DNA from: Phoronis australis
Lineage: Eukaryota > Animalia > Phoronida
Assembly: GCA_002633005.1 (NCBI GenBank)
Contig: NMRA01000058.1
Coordinates: forward strand, 629,188 to 693,187
DNA length: 64,000 nt
Reading direction: 5' to 3'
The position numbers and the translations under genes were made by a program. Under the pieces are notes generated by a model. The model worked only from the letters and a program-made list of their open reading frames with translations. It was not told where the DNA came from and did not search any database. Below are positions 26,725-40,493 of the stretch, piece after piece; position 1 is the stretch's first letter, and each line of letters starts with the position of its first letter.

Positions 26725-29700
26725 ATGACTAAACATCAGCCAGAAGAGATCGAAGCCGTCTATGGTACTTGTCTACGCATTTGCTACGAACTAATACCAG
26801 CGCAGTATACTCGGACAGTGAGATTATAATTGTGTTGCTGTTTACCAATGTAGCAGATTGTTTTTGCAGCAACTGAAAGTCACAAGCTTACACTACTTTT
26901 CCCAGCTCCCAACCAATCGCATTGTACGAATATTACCTTCCGACCAATCGAATAATGCTTCACTCTTTAAACCATTGACAATATTGAACTTCATCATGCT
27001 GTAGCTAGACTCGGAAATACTGTGGTCTAGCACCTGTGTCCGCTCAGTGAAATTAGGGCTGGCTGGACCCACAACACCTTCGAATCTAATGGTCGTCGGT
27101 ATAATCGCTGATAGTGTGACTGTGTCAGAGTAGTTTCTAGTTAAAGTTTTGCCTTATTGGGCATACTACGTTTTTAGATTCGGACATTATTTTTATCAGC
27201 ACCGACCGTAGTAATGAGTAGATACGTTTATAGGGCTAAAAGTGCCGGACTGGGCTTAGTATTTTGGGGCCCAGCCTGAAAAATGATTATAGACTAGCCG
27301 CCACGACAGGATTTGCCGATGCGGCTTTAGTAAGCTCTAATAATTACTACCCCTGCCATGTGTCTGAAGATGATTGTATTTTAAAGCAGATGTCTGATGA
27401 TTTCATTTTAGTTTGCTAGATTGTATTAGAAGCAAGCCAAGAAGGAGACTAAACTCCTGTACGTGAATCTCTAGAAGCCAGTGACGGTGTTGCGTGAGGA
27501 GTTGCTATCCAGCCAAACATTGTGATTGTCAATCATTGTGGGAGCAATATCATTTTGTCCATAAGTTTCCTAATGCTGTACTTTCNCTTCTTCTTTTTGA
27601 TCTACTGATCTACAGAGTTCCACAGTCAATCAGCTTTCGTCAGGAAGCTTTCCTAAGCTTCTTTAGGCTCTTACATCACAATTTTGTGCTGTTTGATAAA
27701 CCTTGAATTATACAGACATCACATTCCATGGGAGCAGCCATATTGAAGTAACTAAGCACAACAATACAATCTGGCTCTCTGATTAGTCAATTCATTGGAA
27801 AAGCGCCATCAAGTGGCAGGAATATGCATCATATTTTGTGCAACAAAAACACATTTTTTTAAAAAAATGTGCAAGTGTAGACGTGGGAACTTTTTGGAAT
27901 TTGATTTTTAGTTATATTATCTAGCCACATAGAAAAAACTAGGTTGCCCCCCCAAAGTACTCACAAGGGTGAACGCTATGAGATTTGGCCCACCGACTAA
28001 GTAGTTTCTAGTTAAAGTTTTGCCTTATTGGGCATACTACGTTTTTAGATTCGGACATTATTTTTATCAGCACCGACCGTAGTAATGAGTAGATACGTTT
28101 ATAGGGCTAAAAGTGCCGGACTGGGCTTAGTATTTTGGGGCCCAGCCTGAAAAATGATTATAGACTAGCCGCCACGACAGGATTTGCCGATGCGGCTTTA
28201 GTAAGCTCTAATAATTACTACCCCTGCCATGTGTCTGAAGATGATTGTATTTTAAAGCAGATGTCTGATAATTTCATTTTAGTTTGCTAGATTGTATTAG
28301 AAGCAAGCCAAGAAGGAGACTAAACTCCTGTACGTGAATCTCTAGAAGCCAGTGACGGTGTTGCGTGAGGAGTTGCTATCCAGCCAAACATTGTGATTGT
28401 CAATCATTGTGGGAGCAATATCATTTTGTCCATAAGTTTCCTAATGCTGTACTTTCAGGCGATCCGTGTTCCACAGCTCTATGGCGGTACATCGTTTTAT
28501 TGTTATTACTCATAAATATCTACGTTGTATATCATCACGTAGATAACACGCAAGGTGGCGCCCCAGTACCAGCGACGCAAGAGCATAGTGGTAAGATAAC
28601 AAGCACACAGGCACTGTCGAGCTATTCGAGTTCTTTCATTATTGTCATGATTTGACGTGGTGTATGCCATTCAAGTTGTTAATGCGCTAATGTCATTAGG
28701 GCTACGTTTGCAGCAAAACTATAGAGCCCTGGTCTTCTGCGCCCGACCCTAGAACTCTACAAGTACTTACAAACACGTACGTCTGATTGCGCCTCATCAT
28801 TTGAATTTTGCGATGGTAGTTGTGCTAACAGTGCTGTAGTGGGGCGTACGCGCACGTAGGCGCAGCCAACCACCTTTTGACATTTGAAGGTAGCGCCTAC
28901 GCATCGTAAGTTACGTTCAGTGCTCAAAGTGATACGGTGGGCTTGGGCGCATACTTACCTCTAACTTTACCACTACAGCATATTGTGTGCTAAGCAAAAT
29001 AACTGGCGAAAAACGCACGGACTGGCTTGGAAATGTAATCAGCGGCAGGGTATTGTGTTTCGCACATTAAGGCAAGTCGGTGCTACGATATTAGGAACCA
29101 AGGGAAGTTTATCAAGCATTTATAATACCAGGTACTCACTCTTTTCTAATCCTGTTTCGTTCTTCACTGAATTTCCATTGTTGTCAGCCATCGATACGGC
29201 GCGATGCGTCACTTTTGGACATTGAACAACAAAAACAGCAAAACGGTAGACTTTTTATTATGTGTAACGGATTTAACATTAATTTCCAGTCAACAAAGGG
29301 GAAGAAAACCAAGATTTAGTGCCAAAAAATCCCGAAGGTAGGTTGGCTTCCACCTGGAGCAGAACTGATAATGCGACGATATTGAAGGTTCAGGCATTAT
29401 AGTCAGAACTGGTAATAATGCAGGAATTACTAGATCATTACAATCACTAACATGTCATGACAATCAAGTCTCAAATTTCCAATTAAAAAACGTTTTAAAG
29501 GAATTTTTGCTCAAAGTTTATAACCTTTTATAGACACATCTAGTCAGAGAAGGCACTGCTTGATAAAATTTTTCAAAACCACTTTCTGTTGCCATCAAGC
29601 TTTGCCTTTTGAATATTTTCCTTATTTTCAGCTCCACAACGACCGGAAGAGCTTAAACCAGATTATAGCAAGTTCAAATGTAAACCTTTCAAACTAAATA

Positions 29701-31530
29701 ACCCTTCGTTTGAATCTGACGGCTTTTGGATGCCATACGAGCCAAAGGGAAAAGGGTCAGGTAAGATGAGTTTTCTTTTTAACAGGGCGTGACTGAAGAA
29801 ACTTTAAAAATGTGAACAACAGAAAAGAACACCAGAAAAGAATAGCAACGATTTGAACTTGCGTCTACGGACCTCACCCATGTTGTTACGGTTTTCGAAC
29901 ATTACGCAACACAAATTCAGTGTCGTGTGATGCGTTATGACCAAATTAGGTTATTCGACAAGTTTTATGTCCGCTAGAGGGCGAGCGCGTTGAAAAATAC
30001 ATATACAGATACAGATATAAGATATAGATATCTATCACTCGCGCGAGCGCCCACGCACTGACACACGCACACTCACACACACACGCGCGCGCGCATATAT
30101 CCTACAAAAAAACACTCCCTATGAAAGCTGTGCCCTACTGAGTGATTCAAGTACTTGGGTCTTCTATCATACACAGATGTACCACAGACCATTAACGATG
30201 TTCACCAATCGGTAGTCTTGAAATGCTGGTGATGTGGTGAATCAGTTTTATTGAATGTCTTGTAGGTGGCTTCTCCATGGTGTCAAATGTCGCTTCGCAC
30301 GGCAAGAAATCAATAAGGGTTACCAACGGCGGTGCTTTTCAAATTATAAAATTTCCTGCGGGGTGAGTATCTTTCTCCTAGACTTTTGAGACTTGCACGC
30401 ATTTTGCAACTTTTAAACTGTCTGTAATGTCATTTGAAGTAAAAAGTTTATTGCATCCAAACCAAAGCTAAAAGCGTGACGACATCGCAATGGTACAAAA
30501 GTAATTCAGTGGTTGTAATTCCAGAACAAAGAAGTTTGTATTCGCCGCAGATAGTAGGAATAGAGGCATAACAAAGGCTATGAGTTCAGACTACAGTGTA
30601 TGGTGCGACATCAAAGTGAGTTTTTATTCCTGGATATTCTATGCATTGGCACGGGGATTCCCTTCATTTGTGATCGTTTGCAGCAAAAGAAATATCACGG
30701 GCGTATTTTTCATTAAAACTCAAGACCAAAATACTGTGTCAAATTTTTAGCGAAAATATACAAGAAATGGATTTATTGTCTCTTGTGTCAATCAAAAGTA
30801 TGATATCATAAAACTTTTGATGCAGCTTTTGTTAACTAACATTTTTATGCGCCTATATGTGCTTAATTGTAGTATTACTTATTGCGACAAGTCTGATATA
30901 TTAGCAAGCCGATTGCATTCGAGTTTAGTCTATCTGTATTAAATTTACGAAACATCATATTTGTCCAGGATAAAAAAGGCAAGCGAAGATTTGGCCTGAA
31001 TGCCAAGTTCTTGTTGAAAAGCGGCGGTGCCTTACATGATTGGCATGAGCGAAAGTTGACGGTCGCAAATCACGAGGTAAGAATATTTGGAAACGATAAT
31101 GAACGTGATAGATTTCATGTGCGATTGGCGTTGGGTCCGATGCTGTTATGTATTTACGGTAATTGAGGAAATGGACACACTGGCAGGACACACAGTTGTC
31201 GTTTCAGTGCTACGGAACTCCGTTGAAGGAAATTTGTAAAATATCCAATAAAGCATTATCTGACCCTGTCAAGCACCATGGCCCTATTTCATTGCTGAAA
31301 CGTCGTGGGAAGAATGCTTTTTTTAAACGTTTTTGTTTTGTAAAACTATCAGAAGTAAAGTCCCATACAAGCTGGTATTTTTTTATTAATTTCAGGACCT
31401 AGTCGAAGCCCGTTGTTACTGCATGTTTAGGAATTATCCTAGCGGTGAAGCTTGGTTTGACAATGTACGTCTGTGGATTGTGCCTAGTACAGTTGATTTC
31501 GACGACTGCGCATATTCACATCTCACGTGA
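26725..31530 (+). CDS. Type II membrane protein with stem and C-terminal CBM-like (galactose-binding-like jelly-roll) domain, about 259 aa, 8 exons
   Basis: Exons 26725-26764 (start exon least certain), 28459-28590, 29290-29337, 29632-29760, 30266-30362, 30525-30615, 30969-31076, 31396-31530. Phases 1/1/1/1/2/0/0 all consistent, 780 nt. TM WRYIVLLLLLINIYVVY. Motifs LNNPSFE..W, SHGKKSIRV, SDYSVWCDI, HDWHER, CMFRN..SGEAWFDNVRL. Confidence 0.8.
27129..28456. repeat. 457-bp near-identical direct duplication (27129-27585 and 28000-28456), probable assembly artefact
   Basis: Offset 871 bp with about one mismatch seen. The first copy ends exactly at an N (27586). Confidence 0.85.
29996..30100. repeat. 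Compound microsatellite (ATAC/ATAG, AC, GC runs)
   Basis: Direct reading of low-complexity repeats inside an intron. Confidence 0.7.
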
Positions 31531-33699
31531 CAAGGCCTGAAAGTGGCAAAATTTCGTTAGGAGCAGTTCGTATTCCAAGGAAAGAATAGCCGTCTAGCTC
31601 TTGCGAGCTGAGTCGAGTTGAGATATATCTTAATGACCCACGCAACAGAAATAATGACTGTTGTGGGTATCAGAAAAAGCGTGAATAGTTGTCACGTTAG
31701 CTTTCAGCCAGGAATATTGTATCACCAAACCCTGGGATACATTAAGCGTGATTTTGCGTCACTCACTAAGCTCGCGAGTAATTATACTTAGTGAGTGTGT
31801 TCGTTACTAAGTGTTTCAGTCTCAATCTTAAGCATCTAGAGTGTGTTGAAGTTTGAAGAGTTGTGGTGAAGTTTATATTTTCATCCATTTTAATGCAGAA
31901 CTCAGGACATTGTGAATTACGTTGAATAAAATACGTCCTAGTTCGGAACAAGAACAGTCATATTCAACGTTGCAAAGGAACTTCGTGATATCAAAGAATG
32001 GGATACACTAATTAATGCTTTCTAAATTTAGACCTACTCTCACAACAGTCGCTGCAAGGAACTAGTTTATGATCTCGTCTTCAAAGCAATAGGGGTCCGG
32101 ACCTCTCTGATCAGCTTCTTTTACTGTACTAAAATGGAGGAATTTTAAGCTTCCGCCCTTAGACAAAATCCTGGATCCGCTGCTGGCATCATGGAGGTGT
32201 ATGGTGTCTCAACGAGAGTATTTAAAATTGCTGAAGTCTGGTGAGACTAAAAGTTTTCCAGTCAAATTTTGAAGCTAGGAGCGGAGTATTGCCACTGGTC
32301 GCTCATTTTTTATTTGTAAGTTAAAGTTTTGTAGGACCTTACTGCCAAGTCTGTGTATTATGTATCTACTAAGCTGTAGATTTTTACTCAGTCAACGTGT
32401 ATTTACTGAAAACAGAAAGCCTGTAGGATTCCATGTTGGACTTTATACCAATCTGCCATTAGTTAGGTCACGTGACCATGTCTTTACAGTGAAAATTAGG
32501 AAAAAAGCGTACATTCATTTTAGCAAAACACTGTCATCGAAAGCTTGACCAAATTTCGTTTGACATAAATGTTCAAGATGAAGTCTCGAAACTCCTGCCA
32601 CAGTTGTCTAAATCAACACTTCATATTCGTTTCATGCAACCTTTGGGGGCACTAAATGGGAGAATGTTGCGATCGATTTTATTGTTTAGGCATTCGTCGT
32701 CCATGAGTGCACCATTTACATATCATTCAGTTGAGGTTATGGAGAGCCCCACGGATAATACTGTGTATTCAAACAGATATCTGCAAAGGTACAGATTTTA
32801 ACACTAAAAGAATATTTTCTAAAAGTAAAAAGCGTATACGCACTTTGAATTTTGATTTATTACCAATCTGCAACCACTTGGGTCATGTGACTGTGTCTTT
32901 AAGCAAATTTTAGTCTACGACGACATCAATAACAGGACTAAATTTTTGATAGCCCTTCATACAAAAGCGGAACATTTTAAAAGAAATTCTTAATGAGGGT
33001 TTGCAGAACAGTGTATAGTATCTTCAAGTATCATATGAATCCGATCAGCCATTTCTGAGATCTGACATGGTTTTATGGTCCTACATAACTTTAACAGCAG
33101 TAATTCAGAAGAACCCAAATGGAATTTTATGGTACAGAGGAACGATTATTGCAATTCTCATTTTGCCAGTATTATTTTGTTTGTAGTGCACGTTTACTGC
33201 GACATAGTACCAAAATGAATTTGTTTGTCACGACAATGAAATAAAGATGCCATGTTTCGATTTCTAGACTTGCAAAAATAACGAAACAACCCAAACAAAC
33301 ACGACTACTGTATTTGGCAGTTTATGCGCCCTGTGTTCTTCTGAAACCAAAAATCAATCTCGCAAGGCAATTCATAAATCTAAAATACAGCACACTCCTG
33401 AAATGTTACTTGCATCACTATGACTAATGGAAACAATCTTACTTGAGCTGCAAGTAAAATCACTGCCAAACTTTACAAATCAAAATGACTATGGAGTGGA
33501 TGGTATTTGTGAAGAGTTACAAAATGTTAAGTTTTTTCGTTACCGTTTTATTGCCTGCTTAAAACTTTTGCTTTAAGCGCACGTGACTTGCAGGCGGTGT
33601 GCTTCAACGGCCTCGCAAACTAAATGAGCAATGTCTTTAGGGTACAATACATCCTTTGCACTTCCCATAAAGCACAGTTTGCGGGGAAACCCTGGCATT

Positions 33700-34158
33700 T
33701 TAGCCCTTACTGGTTCGAATATACGACTGGCGATTTGGTAAGGATCATTTCTGAGAGAAATATTGCGGTGGTTGACAAGTTGTGAGAGTTGTAGCGAGGA
33801 AACATGGTGCTATAAGGGGGTCAACCTACTGGAAGATGGGCCACCCCGTATACAGAAAAATTAATGTCAAACTTGATTGGTTTAAACAGATATCCGTGAG
33901 GAAAGTCAACCAATGACGTGACATTGGATGTACAATATACTCCTTGGGTTTGAATTCGCTCAATTTATTAGGTCATTTGAAATATCATGTCAGTCTATAC
34001 AAATAATCTAGACATCATTGTGGAGCTGAAAGAGAAATCATTGCAAGAATGCGCAACGTGCGCCTCAACGAAGGTAGTCGAGTGCTGGTGATCGAGAACT
34101 TTGCTCGTCGCCTGCAAATGTGCTTGCAGCAGAACGATGGACACTTAGAGCAATTTTA
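33700..34158 (+). mobile_element. Degenerate Tc1/mariner-family transposase 3' fragment
   Basis: Frameshifted remnant reading VYTNNLDIIVELKE and VIENFARRLQMCLQQNDGHLEQF*, a typical Tc1/mariner C-terminus. GGCCACCCCGTAT lies upstream. Confidence 0.65.
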
Positions 34159-36099
34159 AACAGGTAATAAAACGATAACAAATCATCAAATCACCTTGTT
34201 GTAAACTCGCACACAAGAACAAGTGAGATTCTGTTTCATTGAAACGGCACTTCCAGTTCAACAACTACTTTTATGCGCATGTAAGCCGCCGCATATCTGA
34301 ATAGTCCTTCGATGAAAGGGTATGTGTACGAATTATTGTACATTGTACCTTTGATTGGTCGAATGCGTTTTATGCCCATGAGTTGGTTTCCTGTGAAATT
34401 GACGTAGTGTAAAGTTTTCTGTAAGAACTTATCCTCAGTCTTTGATTGTATTTTGTGCTCACAGCGCAAAGCGTGACAATTTCTCAAAAGTGTATCGAGG
34501 CCCGAGTCTATATTCAAGTTGCAATGGAAATAGTGAGATGGCGCTGAATACTGTCAGTTTTTAGCCAAAAACCTTCCCACAGTAATGTTACCTTTTCAAA
34601 TCTCAAGCTCTACTTCTTTCCAAAACTGGGTTTTGCCATACTACTCCACGGTCTCAACGGTGGGAATTCCTCCGTAAAACAGTCTATTTTCTGACATCAA
34701 ATCCGACAATGAATCTACATGTATAATTGAATTACACCCCAAAACCCGTTATAGTTCATCCACAAATGAATCCAAACGTAAATTACAGTGTAGCCAAATC
34801 ATGCGGATTTAGTCACAGCTGAAGGACTCCTGAGATGAAACGTTAAAAATGTGATTTGAGACATTGCTTCTCGTGAAAGACAAAATTCCCTGGACCGACA
34901 AGACATTCGGTTGCCGGGTACTATACTCTTAGCGTATTTAACTTCGGGAGCATATCAATGCTTCTTCAACAGTGGTATGTCATGAGCTTATTTCTCTGTA
35001 TTTATCATAATTTATTGAAACGGCAAACGTAAACATGGGTCAGTTTAAATGTTTTGCAAGTGGGCTGTGCATCTATATTCAGACACAGACGCCCACCACA
35101 AGCAAGCGCAGTGGCCCACATCCAAGTGCTGCGACGCACTTCGCACAAACGTTCACACTTTCTGGGCAAACAACTCGCACAGCACTGGCGGATGTACGAT
35201 GTCGTGAGGGGTGCCCAAGGACGATTGTCAAAAGAAAATGGGGCCATCATAAATCTGCCTGTGTTCAGAGCTAAATAGAAGATATTATCTGCGGTCTTAG
35301 AGAGCGGGTGACGTTATGAGCGTAGAGACAAACGTGTAAAACTCTGCTGGATGGAAAAAATCTTGGCAGGACAAAGTGGTGTGTGCTTTTCGACTACTTG
35401 GAAGATCTCCTCGAATGTACACATGTATGCAAGATGAGGATTGAAAAAATCATGTCCAGTGAGGACCAGAAAAAATGTGACCAGAACAAAACGAATTGCA
35501 AAGCATCCGGCAATGCGAATAAAATAAATAACTTGAAGGAAAGCAGAACTCAGTGGCACACAGTCACGGGGAAAACTAACACGGAATGCCAAACCCCTCC
35601 CGCTGATGGAATGATAAAAATCAATATGCGAAACACATAAAAAGTCCCGATGACCTCTCAATCTCAGAACATGTCTCAATGAGGCAAGCACACTGAGTCA
35701 CCGAAACACGAATTGAGTTTAATAAACCTCCCACAACGTGAAATATCCTTTGCTTCGTAGTTTCAACTAAAAAATCACGACTGTCGTCTTGTGCTGCCGT
35801 TTCACTATAATGACAAATGATGTCCTCCGTGGGCAAAGACACTAGGGATGCGGATCAGGAGTGCTTTGAGTCACTAGCGCTCAATAAGTTATACTATCTA
35901 CTTTTAACGTCAGCGCGGCCATGCCGGCCTCTTGCAAAAGGCGTATACCGGCCTAAAAAGCGAGCAAAACGTGTAGGCAGATGTCTTATTGCAGGCCCGT
36001 AGCCATCATTGGGCGGGGGGTGGTTAGAATTTCTAGAAAGGTGGACCTTTTGCAAGCGTCAACACTCGAGTTCTTGGTAAGGCCCTTGACGCAGGTTAA

Positions 36100-39000
36100 T
36101 TATGGGGAAGGGAAATCTGTATCCACGGCAACGATGGCTCTCAGCTCTATGTTCCTGAGATAAGACGGAATTTGTAATACCAGAAATGAGGATGTCGTGA
36201 CGATTGCTCGCAAATAACAGGAATCAAATTCGGACGTAATGTAATCCATAAATATAGACTAACGTTCTCGCCATGCCGGGTTTCACCAGAATCAAAGAGA
36301 GTGCAGCGCCCGTGTCGGATACGGTTGTGTTGACCGCAATGTCCTGCGCGAGCAAGACCTTTAATGCCCGACCATAAACTGTCGTAAGCATCACTGCCTG
36401 TACATAAATGCAAATTTTCATAATGCATTAATAAATAATTTTCGTCAAAAACGAATATCACGGCGGTATTCAGCTGGAAAAATCAACAAAGTAAGGTTTT
36501 GGATTTTCAAAAATCGATGAACTTAAAAGCTAAAAACTACAAACATATGGGTACGATTGAAAATTAACGACCAAGCGCATCGATACAGTCGGGGGATTTA
36601 CAAACGCTGATCAGAGTTACTAATATATCACATGGATTATTCTTTTAGTATTCTTTAAATCTCGTTTTTCCAGATTTTTGACTAGGAAACAGTTGTATTT
36701 AACTTGTGCCCACTCTATACTTTTATGGCTGACAAAAAGCTAAAATAGTTATGTAGTTAGTGCAACCGAAATCGTCCAGAGATTCCAGATCTTCAGTTTG
36801 ACTATCACCATTTGTACTTTTGTATATGTTTTATGATTTGAGTTCTAATAAAGATTAAACTTGAACTAATGACACGTGTGGTTTTGTTCGCTGTGAAATG
36901 TTTAATGTTGCTGTAATCTAGAAAGTTTAGGGACGGGTTCACAATTAGCTAAACTAATTAAGTTTCGCTGGCGATCAAATCTACTACTGTTTTTGGTACT
37001 TCAAGTTTAAAAATAAAATAAAAAGATATCTGGTAAGAAAAAAAACGTGAGTATTAAAATGAAAAAAACAAAAACCGGTATGAAACTTATTTAAAACCAT
37101 CGTTCCTTTGGGAAGTTGCCCATGGTCAAGATAAACACAAATTAACTTTTTTAGTCATTTTATAATATTTAAAATGTACGAAATTAAAGCTGCTTTTGTG
37201 CAAATGCCGTAGAAAACCAATTTGGGTGTACTAACAACCATCATTGTTGAGACAGTAGTGCTAGCTATTACCTTTCGACTTCATTAGCTCAGATCTACGT
37301 CAATACACAGGGCGAGCTGAATAGGCATCATAAAAGTTGTCTGGGGCTAAGGGAATCTGAGCGGTGACCAGTTTAAGCGAGAAGTTCTCCACATGGCGTT
37401 ACTCCTACCTACTGCCAAACTTTCAAATAGGTGTGTATTAACTAAGTGATTACACCTCATCACATACTCTGATGGAAATATTTAGTCAGAGAATGGCTTG
37501 ACGTAATTTTTCACCTGATCGCATTTTTGTTAAAAGTTGCTTACATCGCTGGAAATGGGAACACCCCCCTATTCCGTAGGTTCACTATTCCGAAGGTTCA
37601 CAATTCGAAGGTTCACCGCTCCAAAGATTCGTTTCTCCAGAAAAGTCTACAATTTCTGAATCATGTGTAATTGCTGAACTTTTACATGTAAAAATAAGCA
37701 ACACTTCTGTTATTAGATGCAACTATACCGACATCAATACACCCGGCTAATAAATCACTTTGTTTGGACTAATTCCAGGTGCATGTGAAATTGCCCGTAT
37801 GTCTTACGAATACGGAAAATGAGTACGTATTTGCATTTATAAAAGAATATGAAGTAGGAATGTTGATGAATTAACGACCACGATACATTCATCAATCTCG
37901 TCTCAAGATCGCATCATCTCACAGCGCGACAGAAAAGTTTAGGGCCGCCGCGCTTCAACCTCACCCACCGAAACTACTCGCACGGCCCGGTTGAAACTAA
38001 AATAATGTAGTTAGTAAGCTACGCTGTCCCTGCCAGGCTTCACGAAGTCTCATTCAGTATTATAAAACTTAAAACCGCCGTTGGTCGCTGGACCCGTGCC
38101 CCATATCTTGTGCTTAATTGATAATGAGTCTTATATTGCCAGCGATTGGAACTGAGCTTTTTGTAAACAATGTAAATCAAACTTTTCCGGACTATTCAAG
38201 TCTTACACACTCTTTAAGTGGTTATTAAATGGACACCAATACAATATCTTATTCATTTTCAGTTCTGAATCATTAGTAGAAAATCAAAGTAATGAACTGT
38301 CGGAGTTCTGATTTTGTAATTGTGGACATTCGAAGTGGTGAACTTTCGAAGGTAGCGAACCTTCGGAGTAGTGAACCCTCGATCATGTATATGTAACCTT
38401 GAAATCTTTTCCATCAAAATTGTTGCTCGTATGAAATCTGCGAAGCAGTGCGCCATTGACATTGATTGACAAGAGAAGACTTTCTTCATTGACCAATGTT
38501 TTAATTAGGTCTAGACTTACCTAATAATGTGAACATGCGGGGATTTTTCAATGCAAGAAAACGCGGTAGCAAAAAGCATGATTTTTTAGAAACGACAGAG
38601 TAGTCAGTGAACATACCGTCGTCGTGTACTGAATTTAAAAGAACGGAAACGCACGCACGTGTACACGCATGCATGTCAATCCACCAATCCACAATCAAAG
38701 TGGACACTTGATGATCAAGATAATTGGCGATCACTTTAAATTCGAAATTTGAAAATGTCTGCAATTAATCTAATGCTAGAAAGTACACCAAAGTAGCAAA
38801 TAACAAAACAGTTTTCTGCTGTTTGTTGTTTCTTTGTCGATTTTAAAGGCATTCACACTGCGCTACTTTTGGGGGTCTCTCTCGTTGCTATAAAGTTTGA
38901 GCAAGGCCGCATAGACATTTACTTCTAAACTTCCTTGTTACCCTATGGTGTAGAAACCTACCGTAGCGCTTTCAATGCCGATGAATAACACAAAGCCTCC

Positions 39001-40389
39001 TCTAATCGTCATCTACGCAGTCACCACTCGGGCCGCATATGACCCGATGATTATGTAAAGCGCTTTACATCAGAAGTAAATTCAAAATTATTATTAACTT
39101 GGTTATGATTGCGGCTAGTAGAACTTGTAGTTACAACAATTTTTTTGTCGATTTCAGTACGTAGTAAATCCTATCTTATCCTAGGGCTGGACCCGGTTAC
39201 CTCGGTTTCCCCCCTGGCTACGGGCCTGTACTACATACAAGCGGTAACAAGTACATCCAAGCATACAACCCCGTTGTAGAGTGGCGAAAATTAACACGTA
39301 TGGCATGTGGATTCTTTGCATTACGCCATTACGGCCCTGTAGGCCTACAAATGTTTAAATAAAACTTGAGAGTTTCCCTTTGGCGTTTGATACATTTAAA
39401 GTATCCGGTCACCAGAGATTATGAAGCGTATTCTGCATGTCCTGAGCCAAAAGTGCCGGCTGTACAATATCCATGGCACCGACTCAACACACGGTACCGA
39501 TTTAGCCACTCTCGCCACATGAAGGCGCTGCGAAGGAGCATGTGTAACTTGTCGTTAGATGGTGCTCTGGTCACCGGAAGTACTGATATTTGTTTACGAA
39601 TGGCGCCCGTCTGGACGAAGCCGAAGGCGAACCACGTATGTCCAGTTAGTTTTGACCGTCGCCTGTGCTTTAATTTTAGCCATGAGTAAAAGAAACAAAA
39701 CTACCAAGGATAAAGAAAAGCAAGACATTGCCGAAAAGGTAAACACGTCTTACCTAGGCAATACAATGACTGCTCTACCTCCGGCTCCTGTTGTCAGTTA
39801 ACTGTCTACAGACAAGTCGCCGGCCGTGCTACGCCTCCTCTCTCTGAGTCTCGGCGTGGCTGTTAATCATAATCAAGCCTGTGCGCCGTTTTTTCTGCAA
39901 ATTACGCTTAAACCATGTTAATTTGTCAAAATTAAGTTACTATACACACTGAACAACATGAAATGACATTTGAAAGACTCTCTTTGGCTTTCTGAGTGTT
40001 GATTATGACAGGTTATGTTTCCACTAGCAATGACAGGGACTAACAACAGTTCCTAGACTAGGGTGTTCTGCCGTTGACCCCAACTTGTTCGATCGAATAG
40101 CAAATGGACAAGTTGGTGAATTGACCGGTGTATCGAGTATCGTACACAATTGATTAACTCCATTGTGGTATTAATGTTTGGCGGGCTATGCAGTTCTCTT
40201 TTTTCGGTGATTGCTCTAATCCCAATAAGATTATATAACCTTACTGGGTTGCGCTGTCAAAAATAAAAGACAAGTTATAAACTCTTTGAACATGAACTGA
40301 TAACAATTATGAATTCCTCATCAAATGCTGATCTTGTTTAGTATAGTCCGGTTACCTATTGTCGTCAGGCTCCAAAGGTCGTCCGCCAT
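36100..40389 (-). CDS. Putative small uncharacterised protein, about 119 aa, head-to-head with the RING gene
   Basis: Exons 40389-40356 (CAAGATGGCG start, G|GTAACC), 40253-40240 (possible microexon), 38520-38398, 36397-36264, 36154-36100. Phases consistent, 360 nt: MADDLWSLTTIAQPSKVSLDLIKTLVNEESLLLSINVNGALLRRF...AVMLTTVYGRALKVLLAQD...NIELRAIVAVDTDFPSP*. Confidence 0.5.
37565..38380. mobile_element. Non-autonomous element with inverted terminal arrays of short repeats
   Basis: Tandem GGTTCAC(N)TCCGAA-like units at 37570-37630 mirrored by TTCGGAGTAGTGAACC-like units at 38330-38380. Confidence 0.5.
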
Positions 40390-40493
40390 CTTGTTTCGCG
40401 TGCAGCGCAACCACGCGGGACTTAGCGTTCCAATTTGGAGTGCTCGTGTGCACGTTAGGTACTAACTTATCGGAAGAGACACGTATCAAAGTA
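40390..40493. promoter_or_regulatory. Candidate compact bidirectional promoter
   Basis: 104 bp between two divergent ATGs, CpG-rich. YY1-like CGCCATCTTG overlaps the minus-strand start, and an ETS-like CGGAAG sits at 40471. Confidence 0.5.

Noticed and set aside
26725-31530. CBM-like gene nested in an intron of one long minus-strand gene running 40389 to 20116
   Set aside because: The 40389 gene model reaches a stop at 36100, and no linking exons to the 20-24 kb segments were found.
35005-35842. Cluster of overlapping short ORFs, possibly a RING/B-box pseudogene
   Set aside because: No complete Cys/His pattern or consistent splice chain could be built.
39682-39738. Plus-strand exon-like MSKRNKTTKDKEKQDIAEK followed by GTAAAC
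   Set aside because: Phase-compatible with RING exon 2 but it would overlap the divergent gene antisense. The 40494 exon has a better donor and promoter context. Unresolved without RNA data.
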